A stretch of 32,000 bases of DNA from Methanothermobacter sp. GTDB taxonomy: Archaea; Methanobacteriota; Methanobacteria; Methanobacteriales; DSM-23052. A program made the translations under genes and the position numbers. Numbering within the stretch: position 1 is the first letter of the stretch; the number at the start of each line of letters is the position of its first letter. The stretch lies in assembly GCA_030055615.1 (NCBI GenBank), contig JASFYN010000004.1:123213-155212 (forward strand), written 5' to 3'. This document shows, piece after piece, positions 17,611-27,200 of this stretch. The notes below the pieces were generated by a model. The model was not told the origin of the DNA. It did no database searches and worked only from the letters and a program-made list of their open reading frames with translations.

Positions 17611-18134
17611 GTGACAAAAAAGGGCATAGTATAAGTGAATATAGGAGAGGATGGGATTGGTTAGCATTGAAAAAGTTAAACATTCTTTTAGCATTCCTTA
17701 TGATATTTATCGGGATGGGTGTTGGATCGGCAGCTTCATACTGTGAATGGTCCCATGCCAACAGAAAAGAGCACCTTTTATACGATGCCAATAACTCTTA
17801 ATAAGACCATGTAAATAAAGTACATGATAAAGGATAATAAACCAGTATAGGATAATCAGCCATGAAATAACCAAGAATAAAAAAAATCGGACAGTATTCC
17901 CTTGGTAAAGCAGCTTTGTTGATTTTCCCTGAATCTATATACAGTTAATGGCAGACAACCAACAAATAAAAATACAATTTATACTTCCCCGATAATCTTG
18001 GACAAGAACATGATCATAAAATACTTGATAGTTAGTAGCAACACAATATACACTGGGATAGTCAAGCACACACCCTGTAAATTCGCCAATGGGTGGCAAT
18101 TCAAGGTAAAGAGGTTCAAAGGGGACAAATCTTA

Positions 18135-19823
18135 TTATTTTTTTAAGAATTTTCTAATTTCCTTCAGATTCATGGTATTTATTATATCATGGGTTGTTGC
18201 CCATCCTCTCCTGGCTGTTTTAACACCCCATTTCATGTTGTGGAGGTCTGGGAGGCGGTGAGCGTCACTATTTATTGCTAGTTTGCACCCGTATTCTATG
18301 GCCTTTTTTATGTAGATGTCTTTGAGGTCTAAACGGATTGGGTTAGCATTCACTTCGAGGATTTTTCCATTTTCAGCCGCTTCTTCGAATATCCTGTCGA
18401 GGTTGAGGGGGTATTCGTCTCTTCTGAATAATTTTCTGCCGGTGGGGTGTCCTATTATGTGGACGTGTTTGTTTTCTATTGCTGATAGTATACGTTCTGT
18501 CATGTCTTCCCTTCCGGGTGAGTGTATACTTGCTATCACAATATCTAATTTTGATAATATGTCATCTGGGATGTCTAGTTGGCCGTCTAATCTTATGTTA
18601 GCTTCTATACCTTTGAAAATGTGTATTTTGAGGTTTAAGTTTTCTATTTCCTTTATCTGTCCTTGGAGTTTTTCCTCGTCAAGGCCTCCGGCGATTTTTA
18701 GGGAGCTGCTGTGATCTGCGATGGCTATATATTCGTATCCTAGGTTTTCAGCTGCCTTGGCCATGGTCTTTATGGTTTCTGTGCCGTCGCTCCATATTGT
18801 GTGGATGTGGAGGTCTCCTTTGATTTGGTCTTCTTTTATTAGATTTGGGAGTTTTCCTTGGGTTGCTGCTTCTATTTCTCCATTGTTTTCTCGGAGTTCT
18901 GGTGGGATGTATTCTAGTTCGAGGGCTTTGAAGATTTCTTTTTCGGTCTTTGATGCTATCCTTTTTTTGTCTTTGTATAATCCGTATTCGTTTAGTTTCA
19001 TGGATTTTGAGCGTGCTAGTCTCCTTAATTCGATGTTAAACTCCATGGATCCTGTGAAGTATAATAGGGCTGCTCCGAGTTCTTCTTTTTTGAAAATGCG
19101 CAGTTCGCATTCTAGCCCGTCTTCTAGGCGTATTATGGCCTTTTTAGGACCTTTCGCTATTATATTATCAACTAATTCGAGGGATGTGAAATATTCTATT
19201 ACTTCTTTTGGGTTTTTGGTTGTTGCGAGGATGTCTATGTCTCCTATTGTCTCTTTACTTCTTCTTATGGATCCTGCTATTTTTACTTTTTCTGTTTTTG
19301 GGTGCTCCTCGATGAGGGATTTTATATATTCTGCTATGGGCGCTGCATAGGCTAGGGGCTTTCTTCCTAGGGTTGATCTGACGAATTTTATACTTTGTAG
19401 TATCCTTTTTTCTTTTTTTTCTCCGATTCCTTTTATTTTTCGGAGGTTGCCCTTTTTGGCATGGTATTCTAGGTCTTGGAGGTTTTTGATTTTGAGTTTT
19501 TCATAGAGTATTTTTATTGTCCTGGGGCCTATTCCTTCTACTGCGAGTAGGCTGTCAATGTCTATGGGGTATTCTTTTTCTAGCTTTTCTAGGTAGGATA
19601 GTCTGCCTGTTTTTAATATTTCTTCTATTTTTTCGGCTATGTTTTTACCTATCCCTGGCAGTTCTGTTAGTTTTCTTTTTTTGGCGTATTCTTCTATGTC
19701 TATTGGTAGGAGTTGGATGGTGTGGGCTGCTCTTCTGTAGGCTTTGACTCTGAATGTTTCTTCTTTCAGTTCGAGGAAGTCCGCCACCCTGTTTAGGGTT
19801 TTGGCGATTAGTGCATTTTTCAT
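18135..19823 (-). CDS. polX: family X DNA polymerase with C-terminal PHP phosphoesterase domain
   Basis: The ORF track gives 567 aa from a TTG at 19838. ATG 19823 (MKNALIAKTLNRVADFLELKEETFRVKAYRRAA) matches the usual PolX N-terminus and follows GGAG. Also seen: HhH motifs (LPGIGKNIAEKI, GIGPRTI), GSIRRSKETIGDIDIL, and PHP motifs DLHIHT and NSDAH. Confidence 0.9.
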   Translation of the reverse strand: MKNALIAKTLNRVADFLELKEETFRVKAYRRAAHTIQLLPIDIEEYAKKRKLTELPGIGKNIAEKIEEILKTGRLSYLEKLEKEYPIDIDSLLAVEGIGPRTIKILYEKLKIKNLQDLEYHAKKGNLRKIKGIGEKKEKRILQSIKFVRSTLGRKPLAYAAPIAEYIKSLIEEHPKTEKVKIAGSIRRSKETIGDIDILATTKNPKEVIEYFTSLELVDNIIAKGPKKAIIRLEDGLECELRIFKKEELGAALLYFTGSMEFNIELRRLARSKSMKLNEYGLYKDKKRIASKTEKEIFKALELEYIPPELRENNGEIEAATQGKLPNLIKEDQIKGDLHIHTIWSDGTETIKTMAKAAENLGYEYIAIADHSSSLKIAGGLDEEKLQGQIKEIENLNLKIHIFKGIEANIRLDGQLDIPDDILSKLDIVIASIHSPGREDMTERILSAIENKHVHIIGHPTGRKLFRRDEYPLNLDRIFEEAAENGKILEVNANPIRLDLKDIYIKKAIEYGCKLAINSDAHRLPDLHNMKWGVKTARRGWATTHDIINTMNLKEIRKFLKK

Positions 19824-19858
19824 TATCTCCACGCACAAAAAAAGAGGGTAATGGGAGT

Positions 19859-20605
19859 TTAGGGTTTTCTTATGGATTTTACTATCTCTGATATTTTTTC
19901 TTTGATGTTTGTAGCATTTTCTACTATTGTCCCTGTTACTATTATGTCTGCGCCGGCTTTCGCCGCTCTTCTAGCGTCTTCTCCGGTTCTTATCCCGCCG
20001 CCTACTATGAGTGTCAAGTTTGTGGATTTTTTCACCTTTTTTATCATTTCTGCTGGTACTGGTTTGTTTGCTCCGGATCCTGCTTCTAAGTAGAATAGTC
20101 TCATTCCTAGTAGTTCTGCTGCCATTGCGTAGGCTGCTGCTATGTCTGGTTTGTCCCTTGGGATTAGTTTGGCGTCCCCAACCCATCCTACTGTGCCTCC
20201 TGGTTCTATTACAAGGTAGCCCATGGGTAGTGGTTCTATTTTCATCTTTTTTATGGTGGGGGCTGCTAGTGCTTGGGCTCCTATTATCCAATATGGGTTT
20301 GCGGAGTTTAAAAGTGTCATGAAGAAAATGGCGTCAGCGTGGCTTGTTATGCCTGAAATGTTACCAGGAAATAATATTATGGGGACTTCTAGGTTTTCTT
20401 TGAGAGTTTTTGCTGTCGTTTCTAGTTCTATGCTGTTGGTTGTTGACCCGCCGAGCATTATCCCATCTGATCCTCCTTGGATCGCCGCAGTTGCTATTTT
20501 GAGTGCTTCTTGTGATGTTTGCTTTTCTGGGTCGATGAGGGTGAGGTGTATTTTCCTCTCTTTGAGGATGCTATTGAAGTAATTTTCAACTTTCATATTG
20601 GACAC
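19859..20605 (-). CDS. geranylgeranylglyceryl phosphate synthase (GGGPS, PcrB family)
   Basis: 248-aa ORF with HLTLIDPEKQ, GGSDGIMLGGS, YLEAGSGA and IVGGGIRTGEDA motifs. The start is GTG 20605 or ATG 20596. Confidence 0.9.
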   Translation of the reverse strand: MSNMKVENYFNSILKERKIHLTLIDPEKQTSQEALKIATAAIQGGSDGIMLGGSTTNSIELETTAKTLKENLEVPIILFPGNISGITSHADAIFFMTLLNSANPYWIIGAQALAAPTIKKMKIEPLPMGYLVIEPGGTVGWVGDAKLIPRDKPDIAAAYAMAAELLGMRLFYLEAGSGANKPVPAEMIKKVKKSTNLTLIVGGGIRTGEDARRAAKAGADIIVTGTIVENATNIKEKISEIVKSIRKP

Positions 20606-20621
20606 GATAAGAGTGGGGTAT

Positions 20622-20768
20622 TTAGCCTCTTGGGTCTTTCGCTTTGAACCTTAGACCTTTATAGCCGCATTTTCTGCACCTTGTAGCATTTGGCGGGTTT
20701 CTTGCGTTACATTTGAAGCATATTTTGACATTGAATAGTCTCTCCTCTGCTACTTCGAATTTTGCCAT
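20622..20768 (-). CDS. rpl40e: 50S ribosomal protein L40e
   Basis: 48-aa ORF below the ORF-track cutoff, translated by hand: [48 protein letters not shown]. This is the classic archaeal L40e zinc-ribbon pattern. Confidence 0.9.
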   Translation of the reverse strand: MAKFEVAEERLFNVKICFKCNARNPPNATRCRKCGYKGLRFKAKDPRG

Positions 20769-20773
20769 GAATA

Positions 20774-21283
20774 TCATCTCCTTATGAATTCTTCTTGGAT
20801 TTTAACAACTTCTCGGCTGTTTTTAGCCTTTGAGTATGCCTCTAGTAATTCTTTGTTGAGGTCTAAGAAGTGGAGACCCCATTTGAATGATGACATTATA
20901 TTGACTGCTATATCTTTTAATCCGATTATATAAAAGGTTGCCCCTAGGGCTTCTGCAGTTGACAATATAGAGGGTTTGCCATAGTTTGTTGGATTGGCGG
21001 CTACTAAGTATGGTAGCGCCCTATGATACCTTTTAACTGCGAAAATTGGTGAAGACTTCTTAACCTCTTTCCATGAACAGTCCAGGGCTGTAACACCCCA
21101 TTTGAGGATCCTGTCCTTGTCTGCTGGGGATAATGCCTTCTCCGCGAATGGGTTGAGTACTATGCTACCCCTTGGTATCCTTCGGGGGCTTGTTACTATC
21201 TTGATTTTTCCCATCCTGGCCAATTTTAGGCTTGTACATTTTTTCCTGTCACATTCCTCTGCATGGTATACGATGATCCTCAT
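20774..21283 (-). CDS. tsr3: Tsr3-type rRNA aminocarboxypropyltransferase (DUF367)
   Basis: 169-aa ORF with N-terminal [15 protein letters not shown] (RLI-like metal-binding segment) followed by the DUF367 pattern LDCSW...[17 protein letters not shown]. Confidence 0.8.
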   Translation of the reverse strand: MRIIVYHAEECDRKKCTSLKLARMGKIKIVTSPRRIPRGSIVLNPFAEKALSPADKDRILKWGVTALDCSWKEVKKSSPIFAVKRYHRALPYLVAANPTNYGKPSILSTAEALGATFYIIGLKDIAVNIMSSFKWGLHFLDLNKELLEAYSKAKNSREVVKIQEEFIRR

Positions 21284-21291
21284 AATTTTTT

Positions 21292-23280
21292 TTAGAATTG
21301 GTTTCTTTCGTAGTCCATTATCTTTGGTATTGCGAGTGATGGGTCTTCTAATTTGTCTAGGTCGTAGTATCTTCCACCTGATAGCATTGCAAGTTCCATG
21401 TTTATGTTGCGGCCTTGTTGGAATTTTCTCTCAAAGTTTATAACTACTGTGTGTATTTCATTTTTGTTAAGTTCTCTTCCAAGTTCCATGACGTCCTGGA
21501 TTGGCCTGCCCTCGATACCGACGTTTGGCATGCCATCGCTTAATATTAGCATCACTGGCACGTATTCTTCTTTTTTCTTTTCTTCTTTAAGTATTTCGAG
21601 TCCTTTTTTTATTCCGTGGGCCATTGGTGTTGTGCCACCTACTCTGATATTGTCTACTTTTTGTTGGAATGACTGGGCTCTCTTGGTTGTGGGTATTATT
21701 ATTTCTGCTTTTCTTCCTTTGAATCCTATTACGCTTAGTTTGTCTTTGTGGCGTTGTGCGTCTTGTATTATCTTGTTTAGTATGTTTTTTATCTTAGCTG
21801 CTTTCTGGTCTGTGAACATTGACCCGCTTATATCTACTACCAGTGCTATGCTGGCCCTTGCACCATGTTTTCTGATCTTTTCTCGGAGATCTTCAGGTTC
21901 TACTTTTATATGGTCTTCTGATTTGAGGGCTGCGGCTCTTAGGGTTGCGTCTATTGCTATGTCCTTTGATTTTCCCTTTAACATCTTGCTTTTCACGTAT
22001 TTTCCTTTTTCTGTCTTTGATTCTACTCTGCTTCCGTAGAGTCTCCTGTTCTTTTTGCCTTTAAACTTTAGGATGTTTTTGATGTCTATGTCAACTTCTT
22101 CTTCTTCTTGTATTGTCCTCTCACTTGGGTTGGGTGTCATTTTCAAGTCTGCTGAGCCTAGGCTGGGTTGTTTGCTTTCACCACCATATCCCTTTTCATC
22201 CGGCGGGGGGTTCTCACCCCCCGTGGCCTCGCCCTCAACCGCTTCACTAGATTCTTGTTCCATTTCTGTTTTTGCTTTTTGTATTTGCCTTTTCACGTCC
22301 TGGCGGGCGTATGATCTTTCGGGTATTCTTTCTCCTAGGACTAGTTCAACAGCCTCTTCCAGGTCTTCTGGCAAGACCCTTGTTCTGCCATTGTATGCTG
22401 CTATGGTCTTTGAAGCTTTAAGGATAGCTATATCTGCTCTGTGACCGTCCACGCCCACGTTAACGCATATTCTTGCTATGAGTTCTAAAAGTCTTTCATC
22501 TATTTTAACTTGAGGTAGTAGTTTCCTTGCGTTGAGTATCCTCTCTAATAGTTTTTCTTGTTTTTCTTGGAATTTTCTTCTGAAGGCCTCTGGGTCTTCC
22601 TCGAATTCTTCTCTGCGTGCCATGATCTTCACTCTTTCTTTGATGTCTTGGATGGTCTCTACATTAATGTGTAGGCCTATACGGTCTGCTAGTTGTGGTC
22701 TTAGTTCTCCTTCTGCTGGGTTCATTGTACCTACTAGTATGAATCTGGATGGGTGTGATATTGAGATGCCTTCTCTTTCAACATAGTTGATCCCATAGGC
22801 TGCCGCGTCTAGTAGCACGTCTACGAGGTGATCGTCTAAGAGGTTTATTTCATCAACGTAGAGTATGTTACGGTTGGCTTCTGCTAGTATACCTGGTTCT
22901 AGGGCTTTTATACCCTCCTTGAGAGCTTTTTTTATGTCTAATGACCCAACTACCCTGTCTTCGGTTGAACCTAATGGTAGTTCAACGACTCTCATCTTTT
23001 TCTCTTCAACTTCAATATTATCCTTTGACTTGCAGAGTTGACAGAGTGACTCCTTGTCATCTGGGTTGCAGTTGAATGGGCATCCTTTGACAGTCTTTAT
23101 TGATGGTAGTAGGTCTGCCAGTGCCCTGACTGCTGTTGTCTTACCTGTACCTTTATCGCCCCTTATCAGAACCCCACCAATGGATGGGTTTATTGCATTT
23201 AATATTAGGGCCTTTTTCACTTTTTCTTGTCCTACTATTGCCGTGAATGGGAAAATCAAATTCTTCACTATACTCACCAC
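21292..23280 (-). CDS. Mg-chelatase-like AAA+ (ChlI/BchI-type) / vWA (ChlD-type) single-polypeptide protein
   Basis: 662-aa ORF. Elements seen: [40 protein letters not shown], Walker [10 protein letters not shown], an acidic/Pro-Gly linker, and a C-terminal vWA domain with [13 protein letters not shown]. Confidence 0.9.
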   Translation of the reverse strand: MVSIVKNLIFPFTAIVGQEKVKKALILNAINPSIGGVLIRGDKGTGKTTAVRALADLLPSIKTVKGCPFNCNPDDKESLCQLCKSKDNIEVEEKKMRVVELPLGSTEDRVVGSLDIKKALKEGIKALEPGILAEANRNILYVDEINLLDDHLVDVLLDAAAYGINYVEREGISISHPSRFILVGTMNPAEGELRPQLADRIGLHINVETIQDIKERVKIMARREEFEEDPEAFRRKFQEKQEKLLERILNARKLLPQVKIDERLLELIARICVNVGVDGHRADIAILKASKTIAAYNGRTRVLPEDLEEAVELVLGERIPERSYARQDVKRQIQKAKTEMEQESSEAVEGEATGGENPPPDEKGYGGESKQPSLGSADLKMTPNPSERTIQEEEEVDIDIKNILKFKGKKNRRLYGSRVESKTEKGKYVKSKMLKGKSKDIAIDATLRAAALKSEDHIKVEPEDLREKIRKHGARASIALVVDISGSMFTDQKAAKIKNILNKIIQDAQRHKDKLSVIGFKGRKAEIIIPTTKRAQSFQQKVDNIRVGGTTPMAHGIKKGLEILKEEKKKEEYVPVMLILSDGMPNVGIEGRPIQDVMELGRELNKNEIHTVVINFERKFQQGRNINMELAMLSGGRYYDLDKLEDPSLAIPKIMDYERNQF

Positions 23281-23320
23281 AAGGAAAAAATATCCTAATA
23301 ACTATACTATTATTATCCCT

Positions 23321-23330
23321 TTTATAAAAT
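23321..23330. promoter_or_regulatory. TATA-like box TTTATAAAAT in a divergent intergenic region
   Basis: An A/T-rich box lies about 40 nt upstream of the chelatase-like gene start (minus strand) and about 100 nt upstream of the zinc-ribbon genes (plus strand). No transcription start site data are available. Confidence 0.3.
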
Positions 23331-23426
23331 AAGTCATTTCCCCTAGGATCATACTCTAAGCCCATTTTTTAAGAATAAAAATTATTAATAATAAACATCA
23401 AAAATATAAGGTTGAGGTGAGTTAAA

Positions 23427-23582
23427 TTGTGTACTGTAGGGGGGCCAATGGCTGATATAAAAATGAGGAAACTCAAAACCAAACGCTGTAAGTGTCTTGA
23501 TTGTGGTAATGAGTTCAAGGGTGTCGGTAAAAGGATCATATGCCCATCATGCCAATCAGATAACATAGAATGCTCCGAGTAG
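23427..23582 (+). CDS. 51-aa zinc-ribbon microprotein, copy A
   Basis: Hand translation: (TTG)CTVGGPMADIKMRKLKTKRCKCLDCGNEFKGVGKRIICPSCQSDNIECSE. GAGGTGA lies 7 nt upstream of the TTG. An alternative ATG is at 23448. The gene is missed by the 60-aa ORF cutoff. Confidence 0.65.
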   Translation: MCTVGGPMADIKMRKLKTKRCKCLDCGNEFKGVGKRIICPSCQSDNIECSE

Positions 23583-23594
23583 GGGGGTGATCTT

Positions 23595-23750
23595 GTGTGT
23601 AGCGTAGGAGGGCCCATGGTAGACATAGACCTTAAAAAGGTCACAAGTCGGAAATGTAAGTGTCTTGATTGTGGTAATGAGTTCAAGGGTGTCGGTAAAA
23701 AGGTCAGATGTCCATCATGTCAGTCAGAGAACGTAGAATGTTCAGAATAA
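23595..23750 (+). CDS. 51-aa zinc-ribbon microprotein, copy B (tandem paralog of copy A)
   Basis: Hand translation: (GTG)CSVGGPMVDIDLKKVTSRKCKCLDCGNEFKGVGKKVRCPSCQSENVECSE. GGGGGGTGA lies 4 nt upstream of the GTG. An alternative ATG is at 23616. It has the same length and the same Cys spacing as copy A. Confidence 0.65.
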   Translation: MCSVGGPMVDIDLKKVTSRKCKCLDCGNEFKGVGKKVRCPSCQSENVECSE

Positions 23751-24208
23751 AAAAAGACGAGATATTATTCATCAGCGGATACAATGGTCTCGTTGGCGTG
23801 GTGAAATCGGCAGAACCCCGTAACATATTCATGGGCACCCCACAGGATGAGATAGTACTATCATTGGATAAGGATGACCTTATAGCCGTCTCAGCATTTG
23901 AAACAGGCCCCAGGATAGAGAAGGCTATAAAATGTATGATACACCTCCTAAGAGAAATAGGAGCCCCCTTGATAGTCTTGGAAGAAGGTCATCCAACCTC
24001 CAAGCGCCTTAAAATGGTTGTATCAGCTGGCGAAACCATAAAACTAGACTGCAACATAACCCCCGGAACGCACCCAGAACAGGATCTGCTCTGCTCAGCC
24101 CCAGAATTATCAGGTACAATTATAAAAGCCGCGAAGGATGGTATAATAATCCAAGGAGAAGTTGAGAATACAAGAATAGAAAAAATAGAAAACTTCAAAT
24201 CCCCTTAA
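23738..24208 (+). CDS. hypothetical protein, no recognisable domain
   Basis: The ORF track gives 166 aa from 23708. ATG 23738 (MFRIKKDEILFISGY...) reduces the overlap with zinc-ribbon gene B to 13 nt. It shows coding-like composition and no motif I can name. Confidence 0.6.
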   Translation: MFRIKKDEILFISGYNGLVGVVKSAEPRNIFMGTPQDEIVLSLDKDDLIAVSAFETGPRIEKAIKCMIHLLREIGAPLIVLEEGHPTSKRLKMVVSAGETIKLDCNITPGTHPEQDLLCSAPELSGTIIKAAKDGIIIQGEVENTRIEKIENFKSP

Positions 24209-24245
24209 ACCATAATAAAACTCAAAAAAAAGAAAATATTGGAGA

Positions 24246-27200
24246 TTATATTTTCACGTAACTTGGCAGTTTTCTGTTGATTTTGTAAAAGTTTATTATT
24301 CGGGCGTAGGCATAGATAATGTTGTGATAGTTTACTTTCCCAATTGTTGTACTGATATAATTTGGTGAACGCTTGTAGGTTTCCATGTATTTTTTGATGT
24401 TCTGGGCCGCTTGTAGGTATCCAGTTTTTGTAAGTTTACCCCTCGCAGTGGTCTTTAATGGACTGGTTGGTGGTTTATAATCTTTTGTTATTACACTAGT
24501 TTTCTTGTTGTTGTTTAAGTTTATTGTCGTGAGTACCGCCGCATACAAGTAATCATCTAAGGTAATATTTTTATTGTTTACCGTAACCTTGGAGGGTAGT
24601 TTGCCTGTTTTAGCTATATAATCTGCTATTATTTTTGAAGCTTCAAGGATTTCATTATATGTTATTAAATCATTGACGAGAACAGTTACCGGGTTTAAAT
24701 TGTTTACTGTCACGTCATAAGTTCCCTTAGACAGCAGCCTATTAAATGTTACTGTTCTTGTTTCTCCAGGTTGAACCATTAAGCTTTTCTCTTCGATTAC
24801 TTGACCGTTTATTTTAAGTCTTGCTGCGCATTCTCCTGGCAAGTCGCCGGTATTGATGATATTAGCAGTTACTGTTATGTTTAATGGTGCCATGCCGCTT
24901 GTTGGTGTCACTCTAAGATTTGAAGTTTCAAACGTCGCTGGTTTAAATACATTAACATTTAAAGGCGTTGAATTTCCTATACAGATGGTATAGTTGCCCC
25001 TTTGTGTTATAGTATAATTTAGTGTTACTATTGTATTAGAATTTCCTGCTATGTTAATGATCCTTTTGGCCACTGGAACTCCTTGGACATATAATTTTGC
25101 GGTGTAATCACCGCCACCTTCCTCTATGTTCATGATTAAGGCACTTGCATTTACATTTAATGGAGCAACTCCACTTTTTGGAGTGACAGTGAAATTGGTC
25201 AATATGAACACTGGAGGTTTTAGAACTTTAACATTTACTGGTGGTAGGTATGATATACCCACAAGATGATTACCTATCTCGTTGAGCGTATGTTCAAAGA
25301 TTATTGTGCTCGTACTTCCAGCTGCAACATTTATTGTCTTTGTTGAGACCGCCACACCATCAACATAAAATGTTGCGGTATAATCTCCTGCTATGTCCCC
25401 TTTATTAGTTATTTTAGCTGTTGCTGTTACATTGAGGGGTGCTGTTCCACTGGTTGGTGTTACTGTGAGATTTGATAGTGTGAATTCTGCAGGTTTCCCA
25501 ACATTGACTATTACCATTGGAAGGTCATTTATTCTCACATTATGTGAACCTGCTGTTAGCATGGCTTCCATTTTAACTTCCCAGGTTCCTCTAGGGTTTA
25601 TATTATTGGATTTTTCTTGTACTAGTAGACCGTCAATATAGAGTCTCGCTACGTATGATCTTATCTTATCATAGGGGTTTGTGACGTTCATTAATGCTTG
25701 TATGGTTAATGGGGCCGCGCCACTTTGGGGTTGTATACTGTAGTCTGCTATAAGTAGTGGTGGCTCATAGACTTCAATTGTTACTGGTGGTTCTTCATTC
25801 ACCCGCAGAATATAAGTTCCGGGTTCTTCTAATGTTTTATCCATGGATAGTGTGACTCTCCCGCCTCCTGGTATGTTTACTGTGCGTGTCTCCCATGCTA
25901 TATTCTCCTTGTAAAGTGTTATGGTGTAATCGCCCGCCAAGTTACCTGTGTTTGTGAGTGTAACATTAACATTTACTTTTAGGGGTGCTGTACCATTCTC
26001 TGGTTTTATTGTCACATTGGAAATCCTTATATTTGGGTTTTCAAGCACATTAACTATGCATGGTGTCATACTATTCACTGTAACATTGTAGATTCCCGGA
26101 TTTGTGATTAAGGCTTTTATTTCTATTCTAATGGTTGTCATGGGATCCACTGTGACTTTTTTGTTGTCGAATATAATGCCATTAACGTATAGTATGGCTG
26201 TGTAATCCCTTTTTTGCGTGTCAGTGTTTGTCAGGTTGAAAGCTGCTGTGATTTCAAGTGGTGCTATACCAGAATCAAGGGTTACTGTGAAATTGCTTAA
26301 AACAAACTTGTCAGGTTCTGTAACTGTGACATTTACTGGTGGGAGATCATCAATGCCGATTTGATATTCTCCCTTGAGTAATTGGATGTTAAAAGACACA
26401 TCCCTCGAAGTGTAGGGATCTACTGTTACCTCCTTTTCATCCTTTTTTTCACCATTAACGTATAATCTTGCAGTATAATTGTCCGCAACTCCACCATAAT
26501 TTGTTATCTTCGCGGATACTATTACATTTAATGGTTCAACACCTTGGACTGGGCTTACCTTTAAGTCGCTGATTTCTAGCCTTGCAGGTTCCACGACTTT
26601 TACCTTGACTGGGGGAAGATCTCCTATGGTAACATTATACTCTTTGGCCTTTTTAAGAGTGTAATTTAAACTTATCGTCCTTGATTCCCCACTGGGAACA
26701 TATACTAGGGTACTGTTAACCGGTTGACCATTTATATAAAGGGTTGCGGTGTATTCGCCGCTTGTCTCCCCAATATTTTGGATTGTGGCATTGGCTTGTA
26801 TTGTTAATGGTGTTGTACCATTGGTCGGTGTTACTGTAAGGTTGCTTAGTATGAAATTTCTAAATATGGTTAGGAATGCATCGTTTAACCCTGAAATACT
26901 ATTGTTGTACGCGTTCCATGTTACTGGGAAATTCTGTGAGCTTGTAATCCCTGTGACGTATATGTTGCCCAGATAGTCAACTTCTATACCTTGGCCCTCA
27001 TCGATTCCCGTGCCACCAAGGTAGGTTGCATATTTTATACCATTGGTTGGATGGAGTTTTATTATGAAAGCGTCTTGTCCTCCTATTGTTTTCTGGTATG
27101 CGTCAGCTGTTACTGGGAAATCGGCTGAATTAGTTGTCCCTGTAACATATATGTTACCTTGGCTGTCTAGTGCGACCCCAGTAGCTTCATCATAGTTTGA

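Noticed and set aside
17540-18261. 83-aa minus ORF (17540-17791) and 87-aa plus ORF (17998-18261) in or around the long gap
   Set aside because: Both start with non-ATG codons, overlap the ends of real genes, and have no motif or ribosome-binding site. They are treated as noise. The smaller hydrophobic ORFs in the gap are discussed as a low-confidence finding instead.
23369-23686. 105-aa minus-strand ORF with internal repeat LNSLPQSRHL
   Set aside because: The repeat is the antisense image of the duplicated 46-nt core of the two plus-strand zinc-ribbon genes. Those genes have Shine-Dalgarno sequences and a conserved Cys pattern, and this ORF has neither.
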